Assembly (NCBI GenBank): GCA_010909165.1
Contig: MU008158.1
Span: forward strand, 2,753,478-2,817,477
Direction of reading: 5' to 3'
Source of the DNA: Anthoceros angustus
Taxonomy: Eukaryota > Plantae > Anthocerotophyta
DNA: 64,000 bases
Below are positions 1-11,500 of this stretch, one piece after another. The notes below the pieces were generated by a model. The model did no database searches and was not told the origin of the DNA. It saw only the letters and a program-made list of their open reading frames with translations. The first letter of the stretch is position 1. The number at the start of each line of letters is the position of its first letter. Both the position numbers and the translations under genes were made by a program.

Positions 1-5
1 TTCAG

Positions 6-3000
6 TTGATTATTGATGTGACCTTTCCGGTGCTGCTTAGTATCCTCCGCCACCTGGTGGATTTGCAGGACCCACCTTTAGAGATTGCGGATCTGATCAA
101 GCTGATTTGCAAAATATTCTGGTCCTCATCTTATGTAAGGGGGGGATTGTAAAGAGTCTTTTGGAACTTCAGATTGTGCCTTGTGGATGCTTGGAAGATG
201 TTTGAGCGTCTGTGGCTGAATTGCTTTGCACTCTGCAGTCTTCACTGTTGTTGACGATTAATTCCCTTTCCCCTGGTGTAGCCTTTGTTAATTTTTTCAT
301 GTTTTGATTTGTTCTGTCGTGAAGCTTGAAATCCCCAAGCTCCTGCATGATCGCCATACATTTGCCTCCTGGATGAGTTGTTATCATGATCTTCTGCAAA
401 GGCCGGTGCCTGCTAAAGATCAGCCAATGGATCCTGAGCTACGAAAGGTGTGGGGCTGGTGGAAAGTCAAGAAATGGACGCTTCACATCATGAACCGCCT
501 ATACAGCAGGTGGGTTTGCTCATGTTCTATATTCATGTCTTAACGCTTTCATGACTTGGCATCCAAGTCAGATCAGTGGATGGAGGTCAAATTTCTCCTT
601 TTGGTGGTTTTCCAGGTTTGGTGATCCCAAGATGTCAAAACCGGAGTCCAAAGCATTCGCCCAAATGTTTCAAGATCAGTTTGCTGGGATGTTTCTAGAG
701 TCATACATGAATCTTCTAGGCGTCCTCCGTCATGGTGGTTACTTGCCGGATCGAGTCATCAATCTTGGGATTCAATATCTGATAACGAGGTACCTGTTGT
801 ACTTCCTCACAATGCATTTGCATTCAGACAGACTGTTGCATGCGCTCCATTAGCATTTTGATGAGAACCTAGTTCATCAGTATGACAAGCATGCATTATG
901 GCATGGTTTGTGTTGTTTGCTTGCAAATGGACCTGTATTAAGAGGTACATCAGAAGGACTCCAATGATGTTGTCAAACCTTATTTCCTTGTCGGGTAATG
1001 ATTGTGTTGCAGTGTTCTGCAGTCAGTGACATACCGGATATTGAAGCCACAACTCAATGTCCTGCTCTTTGAAATTATTTTTCCTCTGATGTGCTTCAAT
1101 GATGCGGACGAACAGCTGTGGCACAATGATCCTCATGAGTATGTGCGAAAGGGCTATGGTGAGTCAATTTGTTTATTGTGGATCCACTTTAGTGATCTGT
1201 TTGATTACTGCTTTGCAAACTGTCAACTTCCAAACGTTATTGAAAATATAGGCCGTAATATACTGAACAGATGTTCTTATTGAACTTCAGATATAATTGA
1301 GGATATGTACAGCCCCCGGACTGCAGCCATGAATTTTATATCAGAACTTGTCAGGAAGAGGAAGGAGAACCTAGAAATGTTTTTGTCTTTCATAGTAGAA
1401 GTCTTCAGAAGGTGACAGACTTGATCTATTTTTGTGCATTCTGTGAGAGTAGCTCAATGCAAAGCGATTTGCGTTTCAGTTGTTTATGTAGTGTTTCTCT
1501 GGAAACTTCTATTTGGTATTCGCTTGAAGCTTTAATCTGCTTTTAGGTACGACGAGGCTCCTGTTGGTCAGAAACCATACCGGCAGAAAGATGGTGCCCT
1601 GTTGGCAGTTGGAGCATTGAGTGAAAGATTGAAGAAGACTCAACCCTACAAATCTCAGCTAGAGCACATGCTGGTGCAACATGTTTTTCCGGAATTTGGG
1701 AGCCCTGCTGGACATCTTAGAGCAAAAGTACGAAGGGTGCATTGTGTTCTCTATTTCCTGTGTGCGGATCCTTGGATCATTACCATGTGGGCTTGTTGAC
1801 ATATTTTTGATGCAGGCAGCATGGGTCTCTGGTCAATATGCAGACATCCATTTTTCTGAACAGCACAGCTTTACCTCTGCCATGCATAGTGTCGTATCAG
1901 CTCTCACAGATCCTGAGCTTCCAGTACGTGTTGACTCTGTTGTGGCACTCCGGTCATTTGTGGACGCCTGTAAAGGTAGTGTTGACACCTGATTCTTAGG
2001 GTTTTGGGTGTTCATTGTGACATTTATAGTGTGCTGTTATGCCGTCTTGATGTCTTTGATTTATCCTATGCTGTGGTTGTATCCAAGCTGCGAGCCCTGG
2101 AATTGAGGTGTACATGACACAATGCTGTGCTTCTGTTCACTACTGTTGGTTAAGTCCATAAACAGTGAAGTGCTGAGTGTGTTCCGGTGGAAGGCCCTGA
2201 AAAGCTGATGGTACTGTGTGCAGATCTCAATGTAATCCGTCCCATGCTACCTGGCCTTCTTGATGGTTAGTTTACTTTGACGTTTATTGCATGTGTGGGT
2301 GCTACTATAAAATGAGCTTGTTTCTCATGCGCATGGTTGCTATCTTATTTGGCAGAATTTTTCAAGTTGATGAATGAAGTGGAGAATGAGGACCTAGTTT
2401 TTACTCTCGAGACTATTGTGGACAAGTTTGGTGAAGAGATGGCTCCTTATGCGCTCGGTCTTTGTCAAAACTTAGTGAGTTTTCTTTATCAAATGTTAAG
2501 CGACAGCAGTTTCAGCTAGCAGTAGTGGTATGCCACATGGACGAACCTGTGGCTTTGGCTGATTTGAATATATTGCATGCAGGCATCTGCTTTTTGGAAA
2601 TGTTTAGAGTCTGCTGAAACAGATGAAGAGGAGGATGACTCTGGAGCATTGGCTGCTGTTGGTTGTCTGAGGGCCATTGGCACAATTCTTGAATCTGTCT
2701 GCCGGCTGCCACAGTTGTTTCCGCAGATGGAACCCACCTTATTCCCTATTATGCAGAGAATGCTCACCACTGAGGGCCAGGGTGCGATTTCTGAAATGTT
2801 GCTTTGTAGTCATCAACATTTGCTTCCATGGTCACGTTTTTGCGGTGTCTCACTCTCTCCTGTATGAGCTGATGCTTGAATTTCTTTTGTGCCTTTTCTG
2901 TGCACAGATGTATTTGAAGAGGTTTTGGAAATTGTTTCTTATATGACATACGTTTCACCTTCAATTAGCTTGAATATGTGGAGCTTGTGGCCACGTATGG

Positions 3001-4851
3001 TAGATGCAATGGGGGAGTGGGCTATAGATTATTTTGAAAGTAAGTCCCATACCTGCCGGCTTGTTATATTGACGTTTACAAGGCATTGGTTTTCTAATGA
3101 CCTGTTTGCAGATATCCTAGTCCCATTGGATAACTACATATCAAGGAGCACTGATCACTTTCTTTGCTGTAAGGATCCGGACTATCAACAAAGCCTTTTC
3201 AAAATGTTGTCATCGGTCAGTATTGTTTTTTGAGTTGGTGAATCAGTTGGTATTCTGTATACCTGTTTTGTAACTGCTCTTTTCTCATCTGCATCCATGA
3301 GAAATGAAGTGCTTGGGATGGTGTTTTAGTACCGGTACCTTTTTCTGCTGCAGGTTCTGTCTGACGAAAAATATGAGGACAGTGACATTGAGCCAGCACC
3401 AAAAGTGATTGAATCAATATTCCAAAATTGTCGAGGACGAGTGGATGAGTGGGTGGAACCTTATCTGAGGATAACAGTTGAAAGGCTTAGGAGAACTGAG
3501 AAGAAGTATTTAAGAGATTTGTTGATTGAAGTGGTAAGACTCTTAGCACATCAGCTAGGGCCCACGTTTCCTGCACTGCTGAAATTTCCACATTCAACCA
3601 ATTGCTTGAGGGAGGAGGGAGAAACTCAGTTCATATGTCAATGGCAGGTTGCAAATGCCCTGTATTACAACCCTTCATTTTCACTTGGCATCCTCCAAAA
3701 GCTAGGAGTGACTGCTGAGATCTTCCAAGCGTGGTTTCAAATGCTGTATGATGTGAAGAAAAGCACAAAGCCAGTTCACTTTCGGAGGTGGATGTTGCAT
3801 CCTTGGGTGATCCTTGCTTACTATTGTCAGTTCCGCTTTCTACTGCCAGTGATGTAACTCAGTTCTTTCTTTGTATAGAGAGCATGACAAGAAGGTCTGC
3901 ATACTGGGGCTGGCTTCACTTCTTCAGGTTCCTTCGGAGGCCATGCCGCAAGAACTCCAGCTAGGACTGGATCAAGTCTTTAAAGCTCTGTTGAAGCTTC
4001 TTCTTGCTTATAAAGACCAGTGTGCTGGTACGAGTTTCACTTTTATTTCACGGGATCACATCTTTGTCGAGTTCCTTACAATCTGTGTTGTTGACTGCAG
4101 AAACAGCTAAAGCAGAAGCAGATGCTCAGGCAGATGACGATGAGGGGCTTGATGGCTGGAAGTCAGGTGATGAGGACTGGGAGAGAGAGGAGCTTGTAGA
4201 TGACGATGATGAAAATGAAGAAGCTGATGACAGGCTTCACAAGCTAGCAGGCAGAGTACAGGTGGGCAACAACAGATTTCAGCGTTTTGAGATGCCTTTC
4301 TTTTTAAAGTTGGTTGCGTATGACATTCAGTACTGAGTGAGCTTTGTGATGAGAAGCATGCTTGCTGTGTCATACTTATGTTTCGCAAACTTTGTGATCT
4401 GCTGGCAGATGTTGAGGATTCTTATGGTCTGTCCAGAGGGGTACTAAATATTTCCTTTTCTGGCACAGGCAAAAGCTTCAGAGCAAGAAGAAGACGACGA
4501 CTCTGGTGACGAGTTCACAGACGATGAAGAGTTCCAAGCACCTATAGATAGTGTCGACCCGTTTGTTTTTTTTGCAGATATCATGAGAGGTATGTTAGCA
4601 TGTTGTCGCTTTACATGGCACAGATAATCACAGGGATCGTACTGCGGTTTGTGGCAGATCCAATGAGCCTTTTGGTATGTGCAGATATGTCAGCAAGGGA
4701 CCCTATGAGGTTTCAGATTCTTTCGGGTTCACTAGATTTTCAGCATCAAGCCATCGCTCATGCAATTTCACAGCATGCTGAGCTGAGACGGCAGCAATTG
4801 GAGAAGGAAAGGGAGGAGGCTGCAGCAGCAGATAGTGTTGCGTCGTTGTGA
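6..4851 (+). CDS. SAD2: Importin-beta family importin-7/8 (SAD2-like), 3' portion, ~18 exons; 5' end outside window
   Basis: Spliced exons with GT-AG ends, approx. 6-133, 325-509, 616-788, 1012-1158, 1291-1411, 1547-1727, 1816-1975, 2224-2265, 2356-2474, 2583-2781, 2908-3039, 3112-3216, 3353-3534, 3648-3787, 3879-4027, 4101-4261, 4469-4588, 4684-4851. Peptides [88 protein letters not shown] and an acidic C-terminus match plant SAD2/importin-7. Stop TGA 4849-4851. Confidence 0.93.
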
Positions 4852-6226
4852 CACAACCTCATTGGAACCAATTTTTCATTTTTTCCTTCCTCAATATATA
4901 TGCTCTGATGGATGACAATTATTGTAGGAGACTTTAACCGAACGGGCTTATTGGTTATAAAATTTGTGCCAAATGAATAAAGGGATGTTCCTAAAGGCTG
5001 GAACACACAGAGGACCTCTACCCAATGGCAGCAGCTGAAGAATTCAACTGCTCACAGCAACTAGTTCCACGTTCGGCTTCGGACAGGTACTATCGTTTGC
5101 GGGTTGCTTGCTCTCGGTGGCCATTCCGGAGGGAAGGCCAGAACCCATTTAGAACCGCGGTACTAGTCTTCTTGGTGAGACCTTACCTTGTGTGTACAGC
5201 GGGCAGAACAGGCCTCTCGCAGGGAAACAGCGTAGGAGGCTTCAAAAACTTACTGGTCACCAAGAGGGTGGCAGAAATTATCAAGCTTAGAGAATTTTCT
5301 ACATGCTATTATGGCGTGTCATTGTTGAGTCTTTTAATAGGATTCAGTTATCACGAAATAAAGTAAATACTTAAGTATCCGTGAAGTATTTAGCGTATTA
5401 GATTTATATGAATCCATTTGGGTACTCCCTAGTAGATTTGTGGATCCGCGATCCACAGCGGTGCTATGCGCCTCCCCTCTTTCACAACTACCATGTGACT
5501 AGGGCAACCCCACTCGGTCTTCATCGCCCGCCCTTGTCCTTTCTTTTGGCCACTACGGCTTTGTTTGCTTGTATGTTCTGCCGCCATAAATGGTGGCACC
5601 AATGAAAATTTGTTCGAAACTAGGAGCTAGAGCCCAATGAGGATCTGGCTTGTAGAAGAATATCGCAGCAATTTCCAGAAGTGAAGGAAGGCAAAATTTC
5701 CAATTTGTGGGTCTTGACCTGGAGTGGCAACCTCTCAAGCAACGGCTAGGCGGCCGTACCAACTCGCAAGTTAGAGATTCAGATCGTGCAGGTGGTGCGG
5801 GAGATAAACGCTCTTTCACCCATGCAATTTTTTTTGCTCGGTTGCTTGTCGACCTACCAGAACACCAGGAACAAAAAGTTAGGATGCAAACTGGAAAAAA
5901 AAAATTCATACATGTATTGGATAACATGACATTACTCTCAGCTTTAGCCCTGGCGGTTAGGTGGAAGGCATTTCCAAAGGATTTTGTGGTCCTAGCTTCC
6001 CATGCACCAGGTCCTCCATCAAGCTTTAAGGTGTTCGTCTACTATCTTTTGTGGCAGTGGTTGTCTTAGTTTTGTGAGCGCAGGTTGAAGATGGTGAGGT
6101 AGACGTCTTTCGTTTGGTCCCTACATGCACACTATGTTCAGCAGGCCTGCTCGCACTTTGAGTGAAAGCATCCATCGTTTTACTCGCCCAGCCTTACTCC
6201 TACCACATGAGCCGCAGCTCAGGTCA

Positions 6227-6314
6227 CCCGGCCACCATGCAAGATTGCTCATACTCATACTCAAGATACTCCTACTCCGCACAAGATTACTCATGCTCAT
6301 ACTCAAGATTGCTC
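6227..6314 (+). repeat. Short degenerate direct repeats (CAAGATT(G/A)CTCAT(A/G)CTCATACT-like)
   Basis: CAAGATTGCTCATACTCATACTCAAGAT at 6240 recurs as CAAGATTACTCATGCTCATACTCAAGAT at ~6282. Confidence 0.6.
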
Positions 6315-6424
6315 GAAAGTCAATACATTGAGGTAGCTTGGTCTGATACGGTGCATTGTATTTAACGCCGGAAAACCCTCCCAAACACAAATAGGTGTTG
6401 ATTCTCAACAATGACACCCCCTAT

Positions 6425-6868
6425 TGTAAATTACAGAGCTGGAGGCGTCCACTTGCAAAGGTGGTAGAGAAGCCGGGAGTCCAACTCCAGAGGCCCGACG
6501 GCACTTAAGGAGAAAGGACAATGACATCGCACCAGAGCAACTTACGAAGCAGAGATCATCCAATGCTACGTGCACGCACACAATTCTGCTTAGGACAGAA
6601 CTGCTTCTTCTCTTCGAAGCTGAAGTGTATGATGAGATCTTGTCATGTCTGTATTGGAATATGCAAACATCTCCTATAAGCAGAGCTGTTAGGCAGTAGG
6701 GCCGTTAGGGCCACACACCCCATCCCGAGGAGTCACACCTCCTCATCAACACATATCACCGTGTACAAGGCTCATTGTGAGCCTATCCTCAATTAATTCT
6801 CCCTTATTCTCCATTCCCCACATCAGATCGATCCTTCCTGATTTCCTGTATGGTATCAGAGCTGGGTT
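6425..6868 (+). mobile_element. Putative retrotransposon 5' LTR followed by a tRNA-iMet primer-binding site
   Basis: TGTAAA start at 6425, TATA-like CTATAAG at ~6674, and canonical PBS TGGTATCAGAGC at 6851-6862. The LTR 3' end reads ...TGTA rather than ...CA, so the LTR boundaries are uncertain; the PBS is the firm evidence. Confidence 0.6.
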
Positions 6869-7779
6869 GAGAATGTAGTCCCTACCTATCCTCGCCTGGG
6901 GCGTCACCCGGTAATGAATGCCTCTAGTCGGCCTACAAGCCCATGGATTGCTTTGTGCAAGGATTTGCTATAAGAACCTGCAAGATTTGATGCCCTTACA
7001 TTGGCAATCTATCCCACATCCCAGGCAACACCTGTGCCCAACAATTCAGCCCAAATTTCGCAATCAAGTGGAGAAATTGGTAGATCATCGCCGGCACCAC
7101 GCCGTTGCCCAAGCTATGAATGCCCTGCACACAGGATATTTGAGGATCAATTCACCGCCGAAGCACCAGCATCTTTGAATGGCACCTTCGGCGTCCTAGG
7201 CAAATGGCATCCCGCCGTAGGAATTGACAATTTCCTAGAACTTTTTGAGGGATTTCTCGGCCTCCATCGCCAAACGCCCAAGCGTGCAGGGGAAACGTGT
7301 GTCGTATAGCTGGTGAGCCAACCGTCACCAGGTTTGTACTGCGGCTGTAACTCCAAGACTGCCCCGAACCAACGCACCATGGCGTGGCCGGTCACCAACC
7401 GTCGACCGGCGGTGGACCAGGGCGCGGTGTGCTGGTTGGCGTGGCCGGTCATTAAACGGTGTGGGGTGGAGGGGTGGAGCGGTGGAGGAGGCGGCGCCCC
7501 CTCCACCGCCTCCTCCACCCCTATTACCGCCTCCTCCACAGCCTCCTCCACCCGATTTCGACCCGGTGGATGGGGGCACCCTTATTACCCCTCTCTCTTA
7601 CCTCTACCCCTCTCACACTTTGTCTCTATTTCTTCCACCTACTTACCTATTCGTTTATAGAATATTTTTTCTTTGATTAAGTTCAATCATATTGAATTAT
7701 TAGCTACCCCCTTAGCTGGAAATCTCAAGATTGCCCTATCCTCTTTAAGCTATTATTGTTAGTGCTAGATAGTATTTTT

Positions 7780-8080
7780 TAAGTGAACCTTTCTTCTAGA
7801 AATGGCATCTTCTAATTCTTGGATGGGACGGAGCCGAGGGCGGCTATTCCACCTGCCACACCGGGTGGAATGGTCGCACATGCCTCGACGACCTGTTTTG
7901 GAAGTAGGTCCGCATGGGACTTGAAAGACCAAAAGGCCAGAGCAAACATCATGCTTTATATGAAGGACACTTACCTCAGCGTGCTTCGGCATCTGTCAAC
8001 CTCCAAGGAGGTTTAGGACATCTTGAAGAAAAGTATGTTTTTGTCAACGCTGTGAACAAGGGTTACTTGACATGCGAGTT
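7780..8080 (+). pseudogene. Ty1/Copia gag (UBN2/Retrotran_gag_2-type) fragment
   Basis: ILDGTEP...AWDLKDQKARANIMLYMKDTYLSVLRHLSTSKEV*DIL matches the Copia gag pattern W..KD.KA...I.L......L......T(A/S)KEVWD.L. TAG replaces Trp at 8014-8016. Confidence 0.75.
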
Positions 8081-8599
8081 GGGTGTATGCATGGTTTGGG
8101 TATTCACTATCAGTGGTAACAAACGAAACAAGGGCAACATGTCACTTTTTGTCACCTTTAGAAGAATTTGAAATATCTCACAAATGAAAACAACAATAGA
8201 CTCTCTTTTTTTAGGTAGTCTCAAAAAGTAGTATGAAGTACATGGACTAAGCCTCATCTTCATTGGATTTTTTGTGAAGGAGATATAAAATGACAAAGTT
8301 TGTAAATAGTTTTAGTACAATGATTTGAAAATGAGGACTTTTAATTCGTGTTTACGCTATACAATGTAAGCAAAGTTGTAGATAGTATTGAGAGCTATAG
8401 AATTAGAAAAAGAAAATGTGAAAAATGATTCCCCAGTAAAAATTCAAGCTGATTTACTTCTTGAGTAAATTTTGAGCTTTGGATAAAATAATTATGGAAA
8501 ATTCATATTTGATGATATTTGATGAAATATGAAGTCAATAGAGTTTTACATACATGGGAATGAATATGAAAAATATCTATTTTGTAAAAGTCACCTGTC

Positions 8600-11500
8600 C
8601 CGACAGAGGAGTGCAGGAGCTACCTCTGTCATGGGTCCGGCGGGTCTTCGGGTCTGCTTTGTCCCCGCCTCGTGAGCGGACTTTTGTCCCAAAAGTTCGC
8701 TCCTCCCTTTGCTCCAGCTCCCCACTCCTTACCAGACTACCTTCACCTAGACCGTCTTGACCCACTACGGGGTCCGGGGAGCATACCTCGTTGGCGGCTG
8801 GAGCTGGCGATCCCAGTGTGTCCCATTCCTCCGTACACCCATCCACCTCCGAGGGCTCGGCCTCCCCACTGCTCCCGTCTCCAAACTGGGCGTCTAGGTT
8901 CCCTATGTCCGGAGTCTTCGGCTGCTTCTCTTGTCAGCTCCTGCGACTCCTCACACGAGTCCCTCGCCTCCGCCGGCTGGTGTACTGCGCTCACCACCTT
9001 CAACAACTCCGTGTGGTAGTACGTGAAGTCCGAGTCCACCTGCTGGATGGCCTCCTCCACATGCGCCCCCAGCACGTGGTACTTGCGCCTCCATGGGTGT
9101 TTGGCAAGCGTGAGCTGCAGCTTTCCTCAACTGTTTCACTACCCAGCTCCTCCAACCTTGCTCGCGGCCCACGGAGGCACCTAGGGAGGCCTTCTCAGCC
9201 TCGGAGCTTACGCCTCGTTGGCCCGCTCCATCTCTTGCTCATACGAGGGCCCCCACCGAGCTAGGGAGGCGAACTTGGTTTTCTCCGCCTGTAGCTCTCG
9301 ACAATCCGCCCTCCTCCGCTTGATGCTAGGTCTAATTGCGTCCTAAAGCCGTTCATCTCTGGATCGTCTGACTGTGACTCAGCTTCCTTGAGCTCATGAC
9401 CTCATCTCTTGGTATAGGGCCTCCATCATCCCGACATTCCCGGCAGTGAGCCACCTCCTACTCCAAGGTCCGGATCGTGCCCTACAAGGCTTCCTTCTCC
9501 TGCTCTATCGCCGAGCCTGTGCTCGGGACCTCCTTCTCCGCTAACGTGGCATGTCGGGCCTCCTCTATCTCCCTGTTGTTGGTTGGGTCCGTTAGCTCCA
9601 CCAACCTTTCATGCATCTCGCTTTAGATGCATGGCCCGAGCCCCGCTCAAGGGCTCTCGGTCTCTCACGAGGTCGAGACCTCCTACTCCAACTTCTCCAG
9701 CCAGGCACTGGCTATTCCAGCCTCTTCCCTTAGCCGGGTCTTGTCGCAGCGGTAAGACTCTCAATCCGCCTTATTCTTCTCTTCCTTGTCCATCCCGACC
9801 TTCAGCTCTGCCTCCAAGGCCTCCCGCTCCTTTTGCTAGATGGACTTGGCATCTTTCTTGGCCTCTTCAGCAGCCCTCATAGCGACCTCCTCCGTCCTCC
9901 GCGCTTCCTCCACTGTCTGCTGCGCTTGGGCTGACTCCCGGCTCAAAGCCTCCACCCGGTCCTTGGCCTCTTACTTGCCTTCACTGATCGCATACCTTGT
10001 AGGACCTTGGCTTATCCCCGAAGCGGACTGGCGTCCCGCTCCATTGCCGGCGCTTCTCTTCCTCAACTCCGGGCGGGTCGCCTTCTTCCTAGCCGCTCTC
10101 ACTTACTTGCCCTGCAGCTCCACCATCCGTTGCCACAGGGCCTCCACTTCATGGGTCTTCTCTGTGGCACGGAAGAGACTCTAGGCCATTCCATCAGCCA
10201 CAGCCGCCAGTACCTGGCACGCTCCCACCGCCGGCAAGTTCCCTTCATACCCCTCCACAGGAGGCGGCATCCCTCGATCCACCAAGAAGTGCCAGACCGC
10301 TCTACGGAGCTAGTCCGACGCTGCTACTCCGGCTTCCAAGAGAAGCCCTTAATCCCGGCTATCAGGCGCCGGTCCCTCTACCTCCTTGGCCCTTTTGGTG
10401 GCCAGTTCCTTCTCAGCTTTCTATTCCTTGGGGTCCGGTGGTGGCGAAGGGGTCTAGGAGCCGCTTCCCTTCCCTCAGGGGAAGGACTTGCCCAGGGTGG
10501 GGTTGCTAGTGTCCACTGCCTCGAAAGCAAAGATCCCGCTCCACTCAGTAGACCGCCAACTCCGCCACCACCCATTCTTCATCCACCGACAAGCCACCTG
10601 GTGACTCGGCCACAACCACTTGCTTCGCCTATACCCCGGCGAATTAGCTGCTCATGGCGCCACCGGCCTCCCACCGCCCGCCTCCAAGGGCGTCTAGGTT
10701 CCCTATGTCCGGAGTCTTCGGCTGCTTCTCTTGTCAGCTCCTGCGACTCCTCACACGAGTCCCTCGCCTCCGCCGGCTGGTGTACTGCGCTCACCACCTT
10801 CAACAACTCCGTGTGGTAGTACGTGAAGTCCGAGTCCACCTGCTGGATGGCCTCCTCCACATGCGCCCCCAGCACGTGGTACTTGCGCCTCCATGGGTGT
10901 TTGGCAAGCGTGCAGGCTCCGCAGCCTTCTGCGCTGTTTCACTACCCAGCTCCTCCAACCTTGCCCGCGTTGCGTCCCTGGAGGCACCTAGGGAGGCCTT
11001 TGTCAGCTCCTGGAGCTTCTGCCTCTCGTTGGCCCGCTCCATCTCTTGCTCCGCCCTGAGGGCCCCCAGCTGAGCCGTTAGGAGGCGAACTTGGTTTTCC
11101 GCCCTGTGTAGCTCGACAATCCGCCCTCCTCCGCTTGATGCTTCGCCTTTAGTCGTCACTCGTTTCATCTCTGTTGGATCGTCTCCGGCACAGCCTAGCT
11201 TCCTTGAGCTCAGCAGCCAGCCTCATCTCTTGGTATAGGGCCTCCATCATCCTGACATTCAGCCGCAGGTGAGCCACCTCCTACTCCAAGGTCCGGATCG
11301 TGCCCTACAAGGCTTCCTTCTCCTGCTCTATCGCCCTGAGCTTCAGGCTCAGGACCTCCTTCTCCGCTAACGTGGCATGTCGGGCCTCCTCTATCTCCCT
11401 GTTGTTGGTTCGGAGGTCCGTTAGCTCCACCAACCTTTCATGCATCTCGTTTAGATGCATGGCCCGAGCCTGCTCCAAGGGCTCCTGGTCTCTACGTAGG

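Noticed and set aside
5025-6200. ORFs downstream of the SAD2-like gene
   Set aside because: No recognisable domain, splice pattern or codon bias; treated as 3' UTR, intergenic sequence or TE debris.
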